Source: Escherichia phage vB_Eco_OMNI12. From it: DNA of 64,000 nt. The position numbers and the translations under genes were made by a program. The notes beneath the pieces were generated by a model. It did not search any database. It was not told the DNA's origin and saw nothing but the letters and a program-made list of their open reading frames with translations. The DNA is taken from the sequence record OL362041.1; one strand, 5' to 3'. Within the stretch, counting starts at the first letter, position 1; the number at the start of each line of letters is the position of its first letter. Shown piece after piece: positions 1 through 10,379 of this stretch.

Positions 1-10
1 ATTTTCCTTA

Positions 11-2188
11 TTAGGCCGCAAGGGCCTTCATAGTTTTAGCGATTTGAGAAACTTCATCATCACTTAAAGAGTTGCGATATCCGATGAAGTCGGAAACAAT
101 ACGGAATTTCTTGGTAAACTCAGCAACCATTTTATCACTGTTTTTTGAAGCATTATTTGATAATACATCAAAAAGATTAGTTACTGTCCAGATGTCATGA
201 CCAATGGTATCTTTTCCACCATTAAAATATACACCGCGCAATGAACTAACTATATTAGCGAGTCGTGTATATTCTTCAGAAACTTCATCTGTACTGAAGT
301 ACTTCATCATAAAATCTAACTCAGGATACTTGATAATTTTATCAATATATCGTTGAGCTGAACTTGAATAACCTACGTACTTATCATAATCTACATCATC
401 AAAAGCATCTACATATAAATCACGCAAAGTTTCAAAAATACATTGGCACTGACCGAGTTCTTTTACCTTTTTCTGTAAAAGCGGACGAATAACATAAAAT
501 TCATTAATGCCAATAAGATTAGCCATACGAATCAAAATATTCATAGATGGATGACAAAGAGATGTAGTACCATCCATAGAGAAAATATCAGAACGATGCA
601 TATACGCTACATAACCAGTAATTTCATCTGCTTCTGATGTGAGCGTAAATAATTCCTCTTTTTCCCAGCGCCCGTCTTTAATTTCAAACTTAAATGCTGT
701 AGCAGCTTTAGGACGAGGAGCTTTACTTTTAACTACCTTTGGAATATAGCTTTTAACTAAAGCTTCGATTTCTGACAAATAATGAATGTTAACTTCATCA
801 TTTTCAAACATTGCCATAATATCAGGGAGTAAATCAATCTGTGATTCTACTTCCGGATTAATAAACAGAAGACGCTCATTATGATGAATATTCAAAGTGT
901 TATTAAATTCACTATCATCTAACGCATGTGCTAATCCACGGACAATATTAACACGATTTTTAATATTATCAATAACGATATTAATTTTTGTTGCATTAAT
1001 ACCAAACAGACGATAACTTGATGCAACGGCTGAAGTTTCATGACTTTGCTTAATGCGCTTCAGTCGAGGGTCAAGATTTACTTCATACACAACTCCTGCA
1101 TTGCATAACTTACTATCAGGTTCAAACATGCTTTGCATCTTCTTATATGACAGATTTTTAGTCGTAAATTTGACTGAATTACTAATCATATAATCTCGAG
1201 CAGAATACCCCATCTTCATCAATTCACGATATGTATGACGGGGAGATGTGGATTCTTTAAATCGTTTTACATCTTCATTAAATGCTTTCTCACTGAGTTC
1301 TTTAACTCGTTCAATAATATTTTTACGAGTACGATCATCCAGTGAAAGAGCCTCGCGAGATGGAGCAATATCAAGTGAACCCATTGGAAACTTAATGTAA
1401 TTCACTTCATTGCGAATGCTTAGCCAGTTACGGTCTCTAATAACACCATCGATAGGATAAACAATACCGCCATAGATAGCATATAATCCACCACGATCAG
1501 GCCAGTATCTTTCTGGATTTATGCCGTAATAATCATCAAAATCCGGAAAATAATCAATTTCGCGGTCAAGACCATTAATGATAGCCAAATCTTTGAACGG
1601 TCGCATGATATAAGAAACTTCATAAGCAAAGTTTCTAAAGTCTTTTTCTTCAACTGGAACTACAATTTCAATACCAGTTTTATCGTCTGGACCCATTTCC
1701 TTTACGAATGTAGGTTTAATCTGCGGACCATCACCATCCATGTAAGCTACATAACCACGAATTTCACCTTTATGATACGAAGTAATACTAAACGTATCAG
1801 TATAACTAAACGGAGATTTAGAACCTAAACCAAATCCGCCAATAAAGTCATTAGATTCAGCTTTAGATGAACTGAAGTATGAATTATACAACCCAGGAGA
1901 ATTATCATCACCCTGAATATCAAAATCACTCATACCCGGACCAAAATCTCGACAAACAAATCGTGGGTCTAAACGTCCAGGAACTTGAATGATAAATTTT
2001 TCAGGATTTCCATTGAGAGCATGGGCATCAATCATGTTGGTAATCAATTCACGGACTACTGCGCGAATCTTGTTTGTGTACAAATCAGATGATAGAATTT
2101 TAAATACTTTAGGAGATGCTGTGATGCTAAATGCTTTTGATTTAGAACCATTGCCAAGAATTGTTTCTTTTTCAGTGGTGATAATCAT
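11..2188 (-). CDS. rIIA: rIIA protein (725 aa, GHKL-ATPase-like N-terminus)
   Basis: 725-aa ORF, ATG at 2188 preceded by GAGGA; length and position match T4 rIIA. Confidence 0.9.
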   Translation of the reverse strand: MIITTEKETILGNGSKSKAFSITASPKVFKILSSDLYTNKIRAVVRELITNMIDAHALNGNPEKFIIQVPGRLDPRFVCRDFGPGMSDFDIQGDDNSPGLYNSYFSSSKAESNDFIGGFGLGSKSPFSYTDTFSITSYHKGEIRGYVAYMDGDGPQIKPTFVKEMGPDDKTGIEIVVPVEEKDFRNFAYEVSYIMRPFKDLAIINGLDREIDYFPDFDDYYGINPERYWPDRGGLYAIYGGIVYPIDGVIRDRNWLSIRNEVNYIKFPMGSLDIAPSREALSLDDRTRKNIIERVKELSEKAFNEDVKRFKESTSPRHTYRELMKMGYSARDYMISNSVKFTTKNLSYKKMQSMFEPDSKLCNAGVVYEVNLDPRLKRIKQSHETSAVASSYRLFGINATKINIVIDNIKNRVNIVRGLAHALDDSEFNNTLNIHHNERLLFINPEVESQIDLLPDIMAMFENDEVNIHYLSEIEALVKSYIPKVVKSKAPRPKAATAFKFEIKDGRWEKEELFTLTSEADEITGYVAYMHRSDIFSMDGTTSLCHPSMNILIRMANLIGINEFYVIRPLLQKKVKELGQCQCIFETLRDLYVDAFDDVDYDKYVGYSSSAQRYIDKIIKYPELDFMMKYFSTDEVSEEYTRLANIVSSLRGVYFNGGKDTIGHDIWTVTNLFDVLSNNASKNSDKMVAEFTKKFRIVSDFIGYRNSLSDDEVSQIAKTMKALAA

Positions 2189-2198
2189 AATTTCCTCA

Positions 2199-2402
2199 TT
2201 AATTCATATTACGCTTAATAACTTCAGCAACTTCTAGTAATTCATCTTTAGTTGCAGTGTCGGATTGAATTTTATCTCTAATATCTTTAAAGCGGTTTTT
2301 AAATTCTTCGGCTTCTCCCATATCGAAAAAGCGTTGAATGATTCTATATTCTCGATGAACTGCTTTATCAAAAAGTTCTAAATTTACTTTATATGATTTC
2401 AT
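2199..2402 (-). CDS. rIIA.1: rIIA.1-like small protein (67 aa)
   Basis: Small ORF directly upstream of rIIA, ATG with GAGGA SD; position as in T4. Confidence 0.65.
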   Translation of the reverse strand: MKSYKVNLELFDKAVHREYRIIQRFFDMGEAEEFKNRFKDIRDKIQSDTATKDELLEVAEVIKRNMN

Positions 2403-2427
2403 TTCAATATCCTCATTTGCCCAATTA

Positions 2428-2457
2428 ATTATACCACATCCTTGTGGTAAAGTAAAC
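2428..2457 (-). promoter_or_regulatory. T4-type early promoter upstream of rIIA.1/rIIA
   Basis: Minus strand reads GTTTAC, 18-nt spacer, TGGTATAAT; plus-strand text attataccacatccttgtggtaaagtaaac. Confidence 0.6.
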
Positions 2458-4274
2458 TACTGGCTCATCCATTCTTTACGAAGGTCAGCATTATCTCCCA
2501 TGAGCATTTCAAAAAGCTCTTTCCAGTTCTCAGGAAGTTTAACAACATCATATACTGGATTTTGAATCATCTCACGATATTCAGATTTTTCCAAAGAGCC
2601 AAGTCCTTTAATATAACGGATGCTATGTTTAGGTAGAGCATCTTTAGCACTCTCATATTCAGCGACTGTATAAAACCATTCTTGTTTTTTACCAATCTGT
2701 GCGATGATTACAGGAGTTTTGACAAAGCGAATTCGTCCTTGCTCAAACAGTTCTGGCCAATTACTAAAAAATCCAAGCAGAGAAGGATAAATGCTTCCTA
2801 GACCATCATGGTCAGCATCAGTCATAATAGCAATATTATGATAATTCAAGTTTTCAGCTTTTTCACCGAGAACTAATCCAGTGATTGCGCAAATATCAAA
2901 CAGTTCTTTGTTTTTAAGCATGTCAGCATATGACATACCCCAACTGTTGAGAACTTTACCACGTAATGGATAACCACCGTGAAGTTCTTTATCACGAACA
3001 TCAATAAGATATCCGATAGCCGAATCACCCTCAGTCAAGAAAAGAGTAGTATCAGCATCTTTACCACAAAGATTCGCTTTAATATGTTTATGAACCTTAG
3101 CTTTAGAAGCCTTTTTAGCTGCTTTAGTTTCTGCTGCTTTTTCTGCCGCTAATTTACGAGCCAAAGCAGCTTCAATAATCGGCATTAGAATTGCTTCATT
3201 ATTTAGAATAGCACGTGAAATCTTTTTAGCATCAAGTTGAATATGACTACGGATTTCACCAAATGGAGAAGTCAAACGCTCTTTAGTTTGAGAATCAAAT
3301 CGCATGTTTTTCATATCACGAACAAACATAACGATTGTCAAACATTCTTTAACGCGTGCTTTAGTCACATCAATTTTGAACTTACGTTTGATTTGTGGAA
3401 TAAGGTCTTCACAAATATCATCCATAACACAGTCAATGTGATGGCCACCATTCTTAGTATGAATGTTATTAACGTATGTTAATTGACGAAAACCATCCGG
3501 TGAACGACCAACTGCAATAGAACAGTTTTCTTGTTCTTGAACGATAGCATGCTCATCATATTGGCGTGCATATTTCTTAAAATTGCCCTGAACCTTTTTA
3601 CCATTAAAGGTAAATTGAATATCAGGATAAACAACAGCAAGTGTCTGGAGACGATCTAATGTAATGTCAAGATAAACTTGAGATAATTCATTAGTTTCAA
3701 ATGACATAAAATCTGGAATGAAAGTAACACGAGTTCCTTTCCATTTTCCAGGAATAGTTTCCCATGATTTATTTTCCATGCCATTTGAACAACGAACTAC
3801 AATATTATTTTGACCATCGCCAGTTTCACCGACAAACATCACAGAAAAAATGTTAGTTAAACTAGAACCAACACCATTCATACCACCGGTGACGCGTTCT
3901 TTATCATCACCAAAGTTACCACCTGCTTTTGGAATAGTCCACGCAGCAACTGGACCAGGAATTTCTTCACCGGTAGGTGTTTTGACCATCGCTTGTGGAA
4001 TACCACGACCGTTATCTTCAACTGTTACTTGATTGTTTTTAATAGTAACATTAATTTTATTTGCGAATTTAAACTTAGTACGAATACCTTCATCTACTGA
4101 GTTATCGATAATTTCATCAATAAGCTTAACAAGACCAGGTACATACTGAACACTTTCCCATTTACCAAACAGAAAGCGCTCATGCATTTCATTAGCGGAA
4201 GAGCCAATGTACATGCCGCTACGCTTTTTGATATGTTCAATATCGCTCAGAATTTTAATTTCATTCTTAATCAT
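2457..4274 (-). CDS. 39: DNA topoisomerase II large subunit (GyrB-like ATPase plus Toprim), uninterrupted gene 39 form
   Basis: About 605 aa from ATG at 4274 (track start at 4277 is GTG); GHKL ATPase and Toprim motifs; one continuous ORF spanning what T4 splits into genes 39 and 60. Confidence 0.9.
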   Translation of the reverse strand: MIKNEIKILSDIEHIKKRSGMYIGSSANEMHERFLFGKWESVQYVPGLVKLIDEIIDNSVDEGIRTKFKFANKINVTIKNNQVTVEDNGRGIPQAMVKTPTGEEIPGPVAAWTIPKAGGNFGDDKERVTGGMNGVGSSLTNIFSVMFVGETGDGQNNIVVRCSNGMENKSWETIPGKWKGTRVTFIPDFMSFETNELSQVYLDITLDRLQTLAVVYPDIQFTFNGKKVQGNFKKYARQYDEHAIVQEQENCSIAVGRSPDGFRQLTYVNNIHTKNGGHHIDCVMDDICEDLIPQIKRKFKIDVTKARVKECLTIVMFVRDMKNMRFDSQTKERLTSPFGEIRSHIQLDAKKISRAILNNEAILMPIIEAALARKLAAEKAAETKAAKKASKAKVHKHIKANLCGKDADTTLFLTEGDSAIGYLIDVRDKELHGGYPLRGKVLNSWGMSYADMLKNKELFDICAITGLVLGEKAENLNYHNIAIMTDADHDGLGSIYPSLLGFFSNWPELFEQGRIRFVKTPVIIAQIGKKQEWFYTVAEYESAKDALPKHSIRYIKGLGSLEKSEYREMIQNPVYDVVKLPENWKELFEMLMGDNADLRKEWMSQ

Positions 4275-4326
4275 CACTTATCCTCGTTTGGTTTCGGGAA
4301 TATTATACTCCGGTAATCATAAAGCT

Positions 4327-4344
4327 AAAGGCCCGAAGGCCTTT
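4327..4344 (-). terminator. GC-rich hairpin with CGAA/UUCG tetraloop after the lipoprotein gene
   Basis: aaaggcc cgaa ggccttt inverted repeat immediately after the stop codon; weak U-tract, may be a stabilising hairpin rather than a strong terminator. Confidence 0.4.
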
Positions 4345-4604
4345 TATTTAAAACGAATAGTTGAATCCTTAAAGAACAGCCCAGAACATACTGTTCCTTC
4401 TACTTTCTGCCCAGTAGGTCCAATAGCACGAAATCCAGTATGTTGGAAATCATTTTCAGAACAACCGAACCAGTTATATCCAGTGATTTCAATATTAGTA
4501 AAACCGCTTGAAGACAAAACTTTGGTTGCATTATCAGCATCAGTACATCCTACTAAAGACACTGCTAATACTAATGCCGCGATAGAACGATTAACATATT
4601 TCAT
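4344..4604 (-). CDS. Small lipoprotein (86 aa)
   Basis: N-terminal signal peptide ending in lipobox LVGC; position of T4 39.1. Confidence 0.6.
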   Translation of the reverse strand: MKYVNRSIAALVLAVSLVGCTDADNATKVLSSSGFTNIEITGYNWFGCSENDFQHTGFRAIGPTGQKVEGTVCSGLFFKDSTIRFK

Positions 4605-4608
4605 AATT

Positions 4609-4980
4609 TCACTTAAATTTAATGGCTTGAAGGAGACTAATAATTCTCAAGCGACTTCCTTCATCTTTAACTGTAAATGAAAGAGGGTCGCCAGATTTCA
4701 TAGTGATGGTGCATTCAAAATCAAAATCTTCTGCAACTTCTTCGAATAGGTCAAATTCTTCATCATAAATTAGAACATTACTCTGAAAACTGTGAAGAAT
4801 TTTTCCATCATTTCCAGATGCTGTACTAATCACTGTAACATTATTACCTTTCATATCTTCAACGATAAATTCGCTTGTAGATATTACAGCATTAATAGAA
4901 CCATTCCTATAAATAGCAGAAAATAGATATTTCTTTTCTTCACCTTCGCGAATGCGATATTTCTTACCGATTTTAAACAT
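4609..4980 (-). CDS. Hypothetical protein (123 aa)
   Basis: ORF with ATG at 4980 and AAAGGG SD, tightly packed in operon. Confidence 0.5.
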   Translation of the reverse strand: MFKIGKKYRIREGEEKKYLFSAIYRNGSINAVISTSEFIVEDMKGNNVTVISTASGNDGKILHSFQSNVLIYDEEFDLFEEVAEDFDFECTITMKSGDPLSFTVKDEGSRLRIISLLQAIKFK

Positions 4981-4982
4981 AA

Positions 4983-5159
4983 TTACCCTTTAAGTAAGTC
5001 GTAAAATCCGCCATTCACATGCTTAGGGGCAGAGACTAACCGAATAGCAATCCGATGACAATCAGGACATACATCAGTATCTCTTTCAGAAATTTTCTTG
5101 ATTTTTTCGTATTCTTTTGCGCAGTCTTTTGATTGACATTTATAATCATAAAGCGGCAT
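4983..5159 (-). CDS. Small zinc-ribbon protein (58 aa, CxxC...CPDC)
   Basis: Below the 60-aa track cutoff; ATG at 5159; translation MPLYDYKCQSKDCAKEYE...DVCPDCHR resembles FmdB-type zinc ribbons; fills the gap between two track ORFs. Confidence 0.5.
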   Translation of the reverse strand: MPLYDYKCQSKDCAKEYEKIKKISERDTDVCPDCHRIAIRLVSAPKHVNGGFYDLLKG

Positions 5160-5161
5160 AA

Positions 5162-5575
5162 TTATTCCTTAAAGTGAGCTTTCAACATCTGATACAAGGA
5201 CCATGCCTGTTCATCATTTTCAATAGTAACTTTCATTACAGGGAATTTAGATTGATCAGTTATCGGTGCAGATTCTTCCTGCTCTTCAGCTGCCTGGTAT
5301 GGATTTTCAACTTCATTAAAGAATTCAGCTTCATTCGATGAAAGCCAAATAAAATCTTCATCCAAAATATCTTTACCAGAAGATAGTACTAAATTTCCAG
5401 CAAATGACATAATTTTAATAGGACGCCCAAGAGCATCCACATCTAAAATTTTAAAAGGATGCATACCTAAACGGCGTGCATAGATTCCGTTATCAGTATG
5501 GTCTTTAATAAAATTTTCTTGAGCTTGTTTATTTTTAAATTGATACCATTTATTAACTTCAAATTTAATAGCCAT
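5162..5575 (-). CDS. Hypothetical protein (137 aa), positional equivalent of T4 goF
   Basis: ORF size and position between gene 39 region and cef-like ORF; no motif recognised. Confidence 0.45.
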   Translation of the reverse strand: MAIKFEVNKWYQFKNKQAQENFIKDHTDNGIYARRLGMHPFKILDVDALGRPIKIMSFAGNLVLSSGKDILDEDFIWLSSNEAEFFNEVENPYQAAEEQEESAPITDQSKFPVMKVTIENDEQAWSLYQMLKAHFKE

Positions 5576-5793
5576 TAATAAATTTCCTTCCAGTAAGTTG
5601 TACCATCTTCAGTGATTTCACGAAATACACCGTAAATTGGTTGTTTATCCCCAACCTTTTCATACACATAAACCGAAGTCAAGTGAGTAAACTTAGCAGT
5701 GTGTTCCTTTTGAACTACTACCAAATCTGGATCGAATAATACATCTTCAAATTCATCATTAGTGCAATTCTGAACAATTTTACGTTTCATCAT
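5575..5793 (-). CDS. Small protein (71-72 aa), positional equivalent of T4 cef
   Basis: Size and position only. Confidence 0.45.
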   Translation of the reverse strand: MMKRKIVQNCTNDEFEDVLFDPDLVVVQKEHTAKFTHLTSVYVYEKVGDKQPIYGVFREITEDGTTYWKEIY

Positions 5794-5962
5794 AATTTCC
5801 TCATTAATTGAACATTGGAGCGATGCGTTTCAGAAGAGTAGCAGCACCTTTGGCGAATTATCCATTTTATTCTCCAAGTTGTTTTCTGTATCAGTAGTTG
5901 ATATTGATATAGTACCATAATCAACTACTGATGTATATAGTTTTATGAAAAAATTTTAAACT

Positions 5963-6454
5963 TTATGCATAGCGAGCTTTGCTGTAGTGTTTAATCCAAC
6001 TTTCAGGAATGACTTTGTATGTTCCTAAAAATACCGCGTTGTATAACTTAACGCCATCTTCTACCCATTGATCAGTAATGTATGCACACATAGCGCGAGT
6101 ACGCCGAGGAAGTGGCTGTCCACCTTCGATAAATTCAAACTCATAAGGAGCAATGAACTTAATAGCTTGACCGAGTTTCCACTTAAAGTCTACACCTACA
6201 TGTGAAGTATCAATCGTTTCAATTCCTTTAGCGGGAACAGCTTTCAAAAACGCAGATTCAAGAAATTTCGCGCGAACATAACCAAACTGAGGTTTAGACT
6301 TTCCATCTTTAGGAATGATACGCACTTTTACTTCAGAATCTTCATCTTTAACGCCGTGTTTAAGCTGAATGCTTACAATTTCGACCAATTTTCCTGCTGC
6401 TTTAGAACGGGATTTATCAGATACACGAGCAATTTCACCAATATTAATAATCAT
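5963..6454 (-). CDS. motB: MotB-like DNA-binding protein (163 aa)
   Basis: Size (T4 MotB 162 aa) and position between cef and dexA; own early promoter upstream. Confidence 0.55.
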   Translation of the reverse strand: MIINIGEIARVSDKSRSKAAGKLVEIVSIQLKHGVKDEDSEVKVRIIPKDGKSKPQFGYVRAKFLESAFLKAVPAKGIETIDTSHVGVDFKWKLGQAIKFIAPYEFEFIEGGQPLPRRTRAMCAYITDQWVEDGVKLYNAVFLGTYKVIPESWIKHYSKARYA

Positions 6455-6498
6455 AGTTATCTCTCACTTGTTAAAAAGATTTTATACTCCACAGGACC

Positions 6499-6528
6499 AT
6501 TATACTCTGGTCCCAAGAGTTTGTAAAC
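6499..6528 (-). promoter_or_regulatory. T4-type early promoter upstream of motB
   Basis: Minus strand GTTTAC then 18 nt then TATAAT (plus attata ... gtaaac). Confidence 0.55.
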
Positions 6529-6530
6529 TA

Positions 6531-7076
6531 TTAATTCAAAATAGCTACCACCGCACTACGAGGTACTACACTAAAATCTCCTGCATGGACAACGTTCAGA
6601 AGCTCAACACCATCTTCAATCCACTGGTCTGTTACCCAACCACAGATAGGATTATCAAAAGGACGACGGATAGACACAGCAGCACACAACAGGTCTGTAG
6701 GGTCTTGTTCTTCAACTTCTTGGAACAGGATGAACTCATCTTCATAAACCAGGTTTTTCTTTATTTTGTTATTATCTAACCGGCGACCGTGGATGACGTA
6801 AGATTTGTCAAACCACTCACTTTTGGCAAATTCTTCAACAATAAATTCGCCTTCGCCAAAAACATCAGTCAGAGTTTTATGACCAGAAATCAAGGCATTA
6901 GTTTTAATTTTAGGTTCAACCAGTTTGTAGATTTTGCCGATTTCAATAGCGGTAGTCATAGTAGGTTCCTTAATTTCCAGTGGTTTAACAGGGCATACAT
7001 AAGTGCTTACAACATCAAAATCAATCAGTTTAGCTACCGGATTTGGTATGTATTCAGGATTATAATTAAATTTCAT
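6531..7076 (-). CDS. MotB paralog (181 aa)
   Basis: C-terminal region ...ICGWVTDQWIEDGVELLNVVHAGDFSVVP... aligns with MotB ...MCAYITDQWVEDGVKLYNAVFLGTYKVIP... Confidence 0.55.
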   Translation of the reverse strand: MKFNYNPEYIPNPVAKLIDFDVVSTYVCPVKPLEIKEPTMTTAIEIGKIYKLVEPKIKTNALISGHKTLTDVFGEGEFIVEEFAKSEWFDKSYVIHGRRLDNNKIKKNLVYEDEFILFQEVEEQDPTDLLCAAVSIRRPFDNPICGWVTDQWIEDGVELLNVVHAGDFSVVPRSAVVAILN

Positions 7077-7078
7077 AA

Positions 7079-7579
7079 TTATCTCATTTCAATAAAATCT
7101 ACGAGTTCAGCATGCGATTTGCGGAACATTACTTGGTGCCCACCAATGATAACTTCATCTTCAGGAACTTCGTATACAGCGAGATAAAATCCTTTAGAAG
7201 ATAATTCTTCCCGCTCTTCTCGTGTGAACCATCTCATCATATCATACTCACTAGCGAAAGCAAAATGATAAAGAGCTATAAACCATCCTGGAATATGATA
7301 TTCTACTCCAACATAATCTTTCTTGAACTTAGTATTAATTACTATATTAGCGTTTTTAACTAATAGTTTATCTTCGTGTGGTAAAGGAATTCTTTTATTA
7401 TTATCGCTATGATGCATAAAATTAGGTCTGTCATAACCTACGTGTAATAGCCACTCTTCGCTCCATGGATCTATTATACTCCTGTACGGCGTTATTTGAA
7501 CACAAAGATTTCGACGTATTGTTATAGCATCTTCATAATCAAGAATACTAAACGATGATTCAACACGATAAATTTTCAT
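7079..7579 (-). CDS. Hypothetical protein (about 166 aa)
   Basis: Track ORF starts with TTG inside the promoter; the internal ATG at 7579 has a GAGGA SD 8 nt upstream. Confidence 0.5.
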   Translation of the reverse strand: MKIYRVESSFSILDYEDAITIRRNLCVQITPYRSIIDPWSEEWLLHVGYDRPNFMHHSDNNKRIPLPHEDKLLVKNANIVINTKFKKDYVGVEYHIPGWFIALYHFAFASEYDMMRWFTREEREELSSKGFYLAVYEVPEDEVIIGGHQVMFRKSHAELVDFIEMR

Positions 7580-7604
7580 TTTATTATCCTCAGTAGCTAT
7601 GGTG

Positions 7605-7636
7605 TTATAATACCACAACTAACCGAGGAAGTAAAC
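7605..7636 (-). promoter_or_regulatory. T4-type early promoter
   Basis: Minus strand GTTTAC ... TGGTATTATAA. Confidence 0.5.
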
Positions 7637-7642
7637 AACTTT

Positions 7643-8326
7643 TTATCGTTTTGTTGGAAGAGATAGAGGATCGCAATCTTCCTCTGATGGAGCATCTTCA
7701 AGACCCATAGCATATCGCAAAGCGTACTTCATCATCAGGATGTCTTTCGCACAGTCATGAATAGAATCATGCGCAACGAATCCATCTAAAGTTCCTTTTG
7801 GAAGAGGACACGTGGTCATATCACGAACAAGCAGAAGTGCTTCAATTCTGGTACGAATATCACGCTGATTCCAGAATTTACATGGTTCTAACTTAAATGT
7901 GTCAAGTTCATTCTCAGAAACACCATTAAGACGTTGAATATCACGAATGAGATCGACTAAAATTGGAAAATCAAACGACATTCCACGGCACCAGCCTTGA
8001 GATTTCCAAGGATCGATATTATGTGCATTGATGTAATCATTAAATTTCGCAATACCGTCGATAGTGCTTACATCTTCATCGGACGGTGCAATATTTTTTC
8101 GAGCTTCAGGAGACTGATTTTTCCACCATTCGATAGTGCTTTTAGTAAAAAGACGATGTCCTTTTTGGCTTTTTAAATCAAATTTGATTTTAATGCCGCG
8201 TGAAACTAATTCATCAAATGTTTCAACTACTTCTGGGTTAGGGTCAAAAGCAATTACAGCTAAATCAATAACAGCTGCTTTTTCACCACTTCCCATTGTT
8301 TCAAAATCTATAATAAAATCAAACAT
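7643..8326 (-). CDS. dexA: Exonuclease A (DEDD 3-5 exonuclease, 227 aa)
   Basis: 227 aa as T4 DexA; N-terminal DFET acidic motif; position before dda. Confidence 0.85.
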   Translation of the reverse strand: MFDFIIDFETMGSGEKAAVIDLAVIAFDPNPEVVETFDELVSRGIKIKFDLKSQKGHRLFTKSTIEWWKNQSPEARKNIAPSDEDVSTIDGIAKFNDYINAHNIDPWKSQGWCRGMSFDFPILVDLIRDIQRLNGVSENELDTFKLEPCKFWNQRDIRTRIEALLLVRDMTTCPLPKGTLDGFVAHDSIHDCAKDILMMKYALRYAMGLEDAPSEEDCDPLSLPTKR

Positions 8327-8601
8327 TAAATTTTCCTCGCTAAATCACGAATTTGACCTACAGTATAGTCTTGAATATAAACTTTATTGATAGGCTCATC
8401 AATAAATTTTGCCATAGATTCAATATCTTTTTGTATTTCTTCAAGACTGTATACTATCTTTAAAGCTTTTTCGCGAATAGTAATATTTTCAGGACCAGAA
8501 TTTTTCTCAATGACAGCTTTAACATTTGTCATAAGAGATTTAAACTGACACCAACTTAATTCAATCATTAATAATCGCCTTATAAAGATAGCTAATTTCA
8601 C
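8326..8601 (-). CDS. Small protein, member of tandem paralog trio (91 aa)
   Basis: Shares LEEIxxD...V.I.DY..G.I motif with the next ORF; stop overlaps dexA start. Confidence 0.5.
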   Translation of the reverse strand: MKLAIFIRRLLMIELSWCQFKSLMTNVKAVIEKNSGPENITIREKALKIVYSLEEIQKDIESMAKFIDEPINKVYIQDYTVGQIRDLARKI

Positions 8602-8821
8602 CTAAAATATAATCATTGATTGTAACAGTTTTCACTTCACCACAAAAGAATTCTAACGCAATTAAATCTCGTTCAATTTCTTCTAATTGAAGCCTCAACT
8701 TACTAGATTCTATTTTTACAGTTTCACGATTTTTGCTATAAGCAATTTCATAAATTTCGCTTACTTTATCTTGAAGAAGATAAAACTGATCTTTAGTTAT
8801 TTCCACGAATAGCTTCCTCAA
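8561..8821 (-). CDS. Small protein, member of tandem paralog trio (86 aa)
   Basis: Paralogous to flanking ORFs; about 40-nt overlap with each neighbour. Confidence 0.5.
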   Translation of the reverse strand: MRKLFVEITKDQFYLLQDKVSEIYEIAYSKNRETVKIESSKLRLQLEEIERDLIALEFFCGEVKTVTINDYILGEISYLYKAIIND

Positions 8822-9053
8822 ATTTAATTAGTAATTTACAGACACTTTCATCTAATGTAATTACCGTATCTGTATTACTGTGATATGATTGTTTTTCAAT
8901 TCGTTTAATTGCTAATATAGTATCACTTATAAGATAAAGCTTATGAAGGAGCTCAGCTCCTGTTACCATAACATTAAGATTATCTTGCTTATTAGTATGC
9001 TTCCTTATACCATCTATTAGACGATTTAAATATTTTGAATTGATGTTAATCAT
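8793..9053 (-). CDS. Small protein, member of tandem paralog trio (86 aa)
   Basis: Weaker similarity to the other two (IKRIEKQ ... TVITLDES). Confidence 0.45.
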   Translation of the reverse strand: MININSKYLNRLIDGIRKHTNKQDNLNVMVTGAELLHKLYLISDTILAIKRIEKQSYHSNTDTVITLDESVCKLLIKFEEAIRGNN

Positions 9054-9059
9054 ATATCC

Positions 9060-10379
9060 TCACACATAAAATACGTCATAACGACCACGGGTAACACCAA
9101 CATAAAGAAGTTGTTGAGCCAATTCAGCATCTGCATAATGAATACAAGGTGTATAGATGAAAGCACGGTCTACAGACATACCCTGCGCTTTATGGAATGT
9201 TGATGCAGGAAGTGCTTTCACTTTACTAAACTGTGATTTAGCATCCCAAAAATCACTCCATGGAGCTTTTCCACCCTTATTCCAGTTTTTATAAGTTTCT
9301 GCTGTTTTACCTAAAAATAGGTTAAACTTATATAGCTCTTCATCAGATGAAATTATTTTAATCTTTTCACGATAATATTCATCATCGCCGTAAGTTTCTA
9401 CTGTTAAATCCCAATGACGAATTAGATATTCTCCAGAAACACCACGAGCTTTAACAAATGTTGATGTATACTCTGCTTCTATAATACGAACTAATTGTCC
9501 GTTATTAAAAATAATTTCTGACACAGGCTTTCCATCAATTTTATATGTTTTAATTAATGGTTCCTGCATTACAATAATTTCACCGACAATAAAATCTTTA
9601 TCAGTTTCAAAAATCTTTTTACGAATAATGCTATTTAACTTGTCAACAGATTTATTCGTAAATGCCATTACGCGATTTTCAAACAAATCATCTAGAGATT
9701 TTACGATTGAAAAATAATTTACCATAAAATCGCGTAAAGCGGTATCACCTGTAAATCCACGTACTCCATGCCCGTCAACAATTTTATCATAAATCCACTT
9801 ACCGTTACGAACGTCAGTAGCTACATCAATAATAGGAGCATTACTGCGTTTAACTTCAGTGAGTTCACACTGATAAAAATCTTTATGTGTAAAGAATGGA
9901 CTGATATAAGCAGTATTTTCTCCTGGATCAACAGGTCTAATTTGCTTATTATCACCTATTCCAATTATAGTACACCACGGCGGGATAGTTGAAAGCAGAA
10001 TTTTAAATAGCTTTCTATCATACATTGACACTTCGTCGCAGATTAATACCCTGCATTTAGCTAAATCTGGTACTTCCTTCTGTTCAAAAAGAACGTTTTC
10101 TTCATACGTAACTGGGTTAATTTTAAGAATACTGTGAATAGTACTCGCTTCTTTCCCCGACAGTTTTGAAAGAATCTTTTTAGCTGCATGTGTAGGAGCT
10201 GCTAAAATAATACCAGTTTCACCCGTAGATATTAAAGCTTCAATGATGAACTTAGTAAGAGTAGTCTTACCGGTACCAGCAGGTCCATTAATAGTTACAT
10301 GATGTTTCTTTTCTTTAATAGCCCTCATAACGATGTTAAAGGCATTTTTCTGGCCTTCGGTCAAATCATCAAATGTCAT
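9060..10379 (-). CDS. dda: Dda SF1B 5-3 DNA helicase (439 aa)
   Basis: Nearly identical to T4 Dda as I recall it (MTFDDLTEGQKNAFNIV..., Walker A GPAGTGKT). Confidence 0.95.
   Translation of the reverse strand: MTFDDLTEGQKNAFNIVMRAIKEKKHHVTINGPAGTGKTTLTKFIIEALISTGETGIILAAPTHAAKKILSKLSGKEASTIHSILKINPVTYEENVLFEQKEVPDLAKCRVLICDEVSMYDRKLFKILLSTIPPWCTIIGIGDNKQIRPVDPGENTAYISPFFTHKDFYQCELTEVKRSNAPIIDVATDVRNGKWIYDKIVDGHGVRGFTGDTALRDFMVNYFSIVKSLDDLFENRVMAFTNKSVDKLNSIIRKKIFETDKDFIVGEIIVMQEPLIKTYKIDGKPVSEIIFNNGQLVRIIEAEYTSTFVKARGVSGEYLIRHWDLTVETYGDDEYYREKIKIISSDEELYKFNLFLGKTAETYKNWNKGGKAPWSDFWDAKSQFSKVKALPASTFHKAQGMSVDRAFIYTPCIHYADAELAQQLLYVGVTRGRYDVFYV

Noticed and set aside
1989-2237. Plus-strand 82-aa ORF overlapping the rIIA 5-prime end
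   Set aside because: Lies antisense within a confidently identified gene, with no SD or promoter; the same applies to most plus-strand track ORFs (for example 3237..3482, 3850..4032, 4207..4680, 6369..6779, 6789..7187, 20490..20720, 30845..31261, 33257..33640, 63161..63550)
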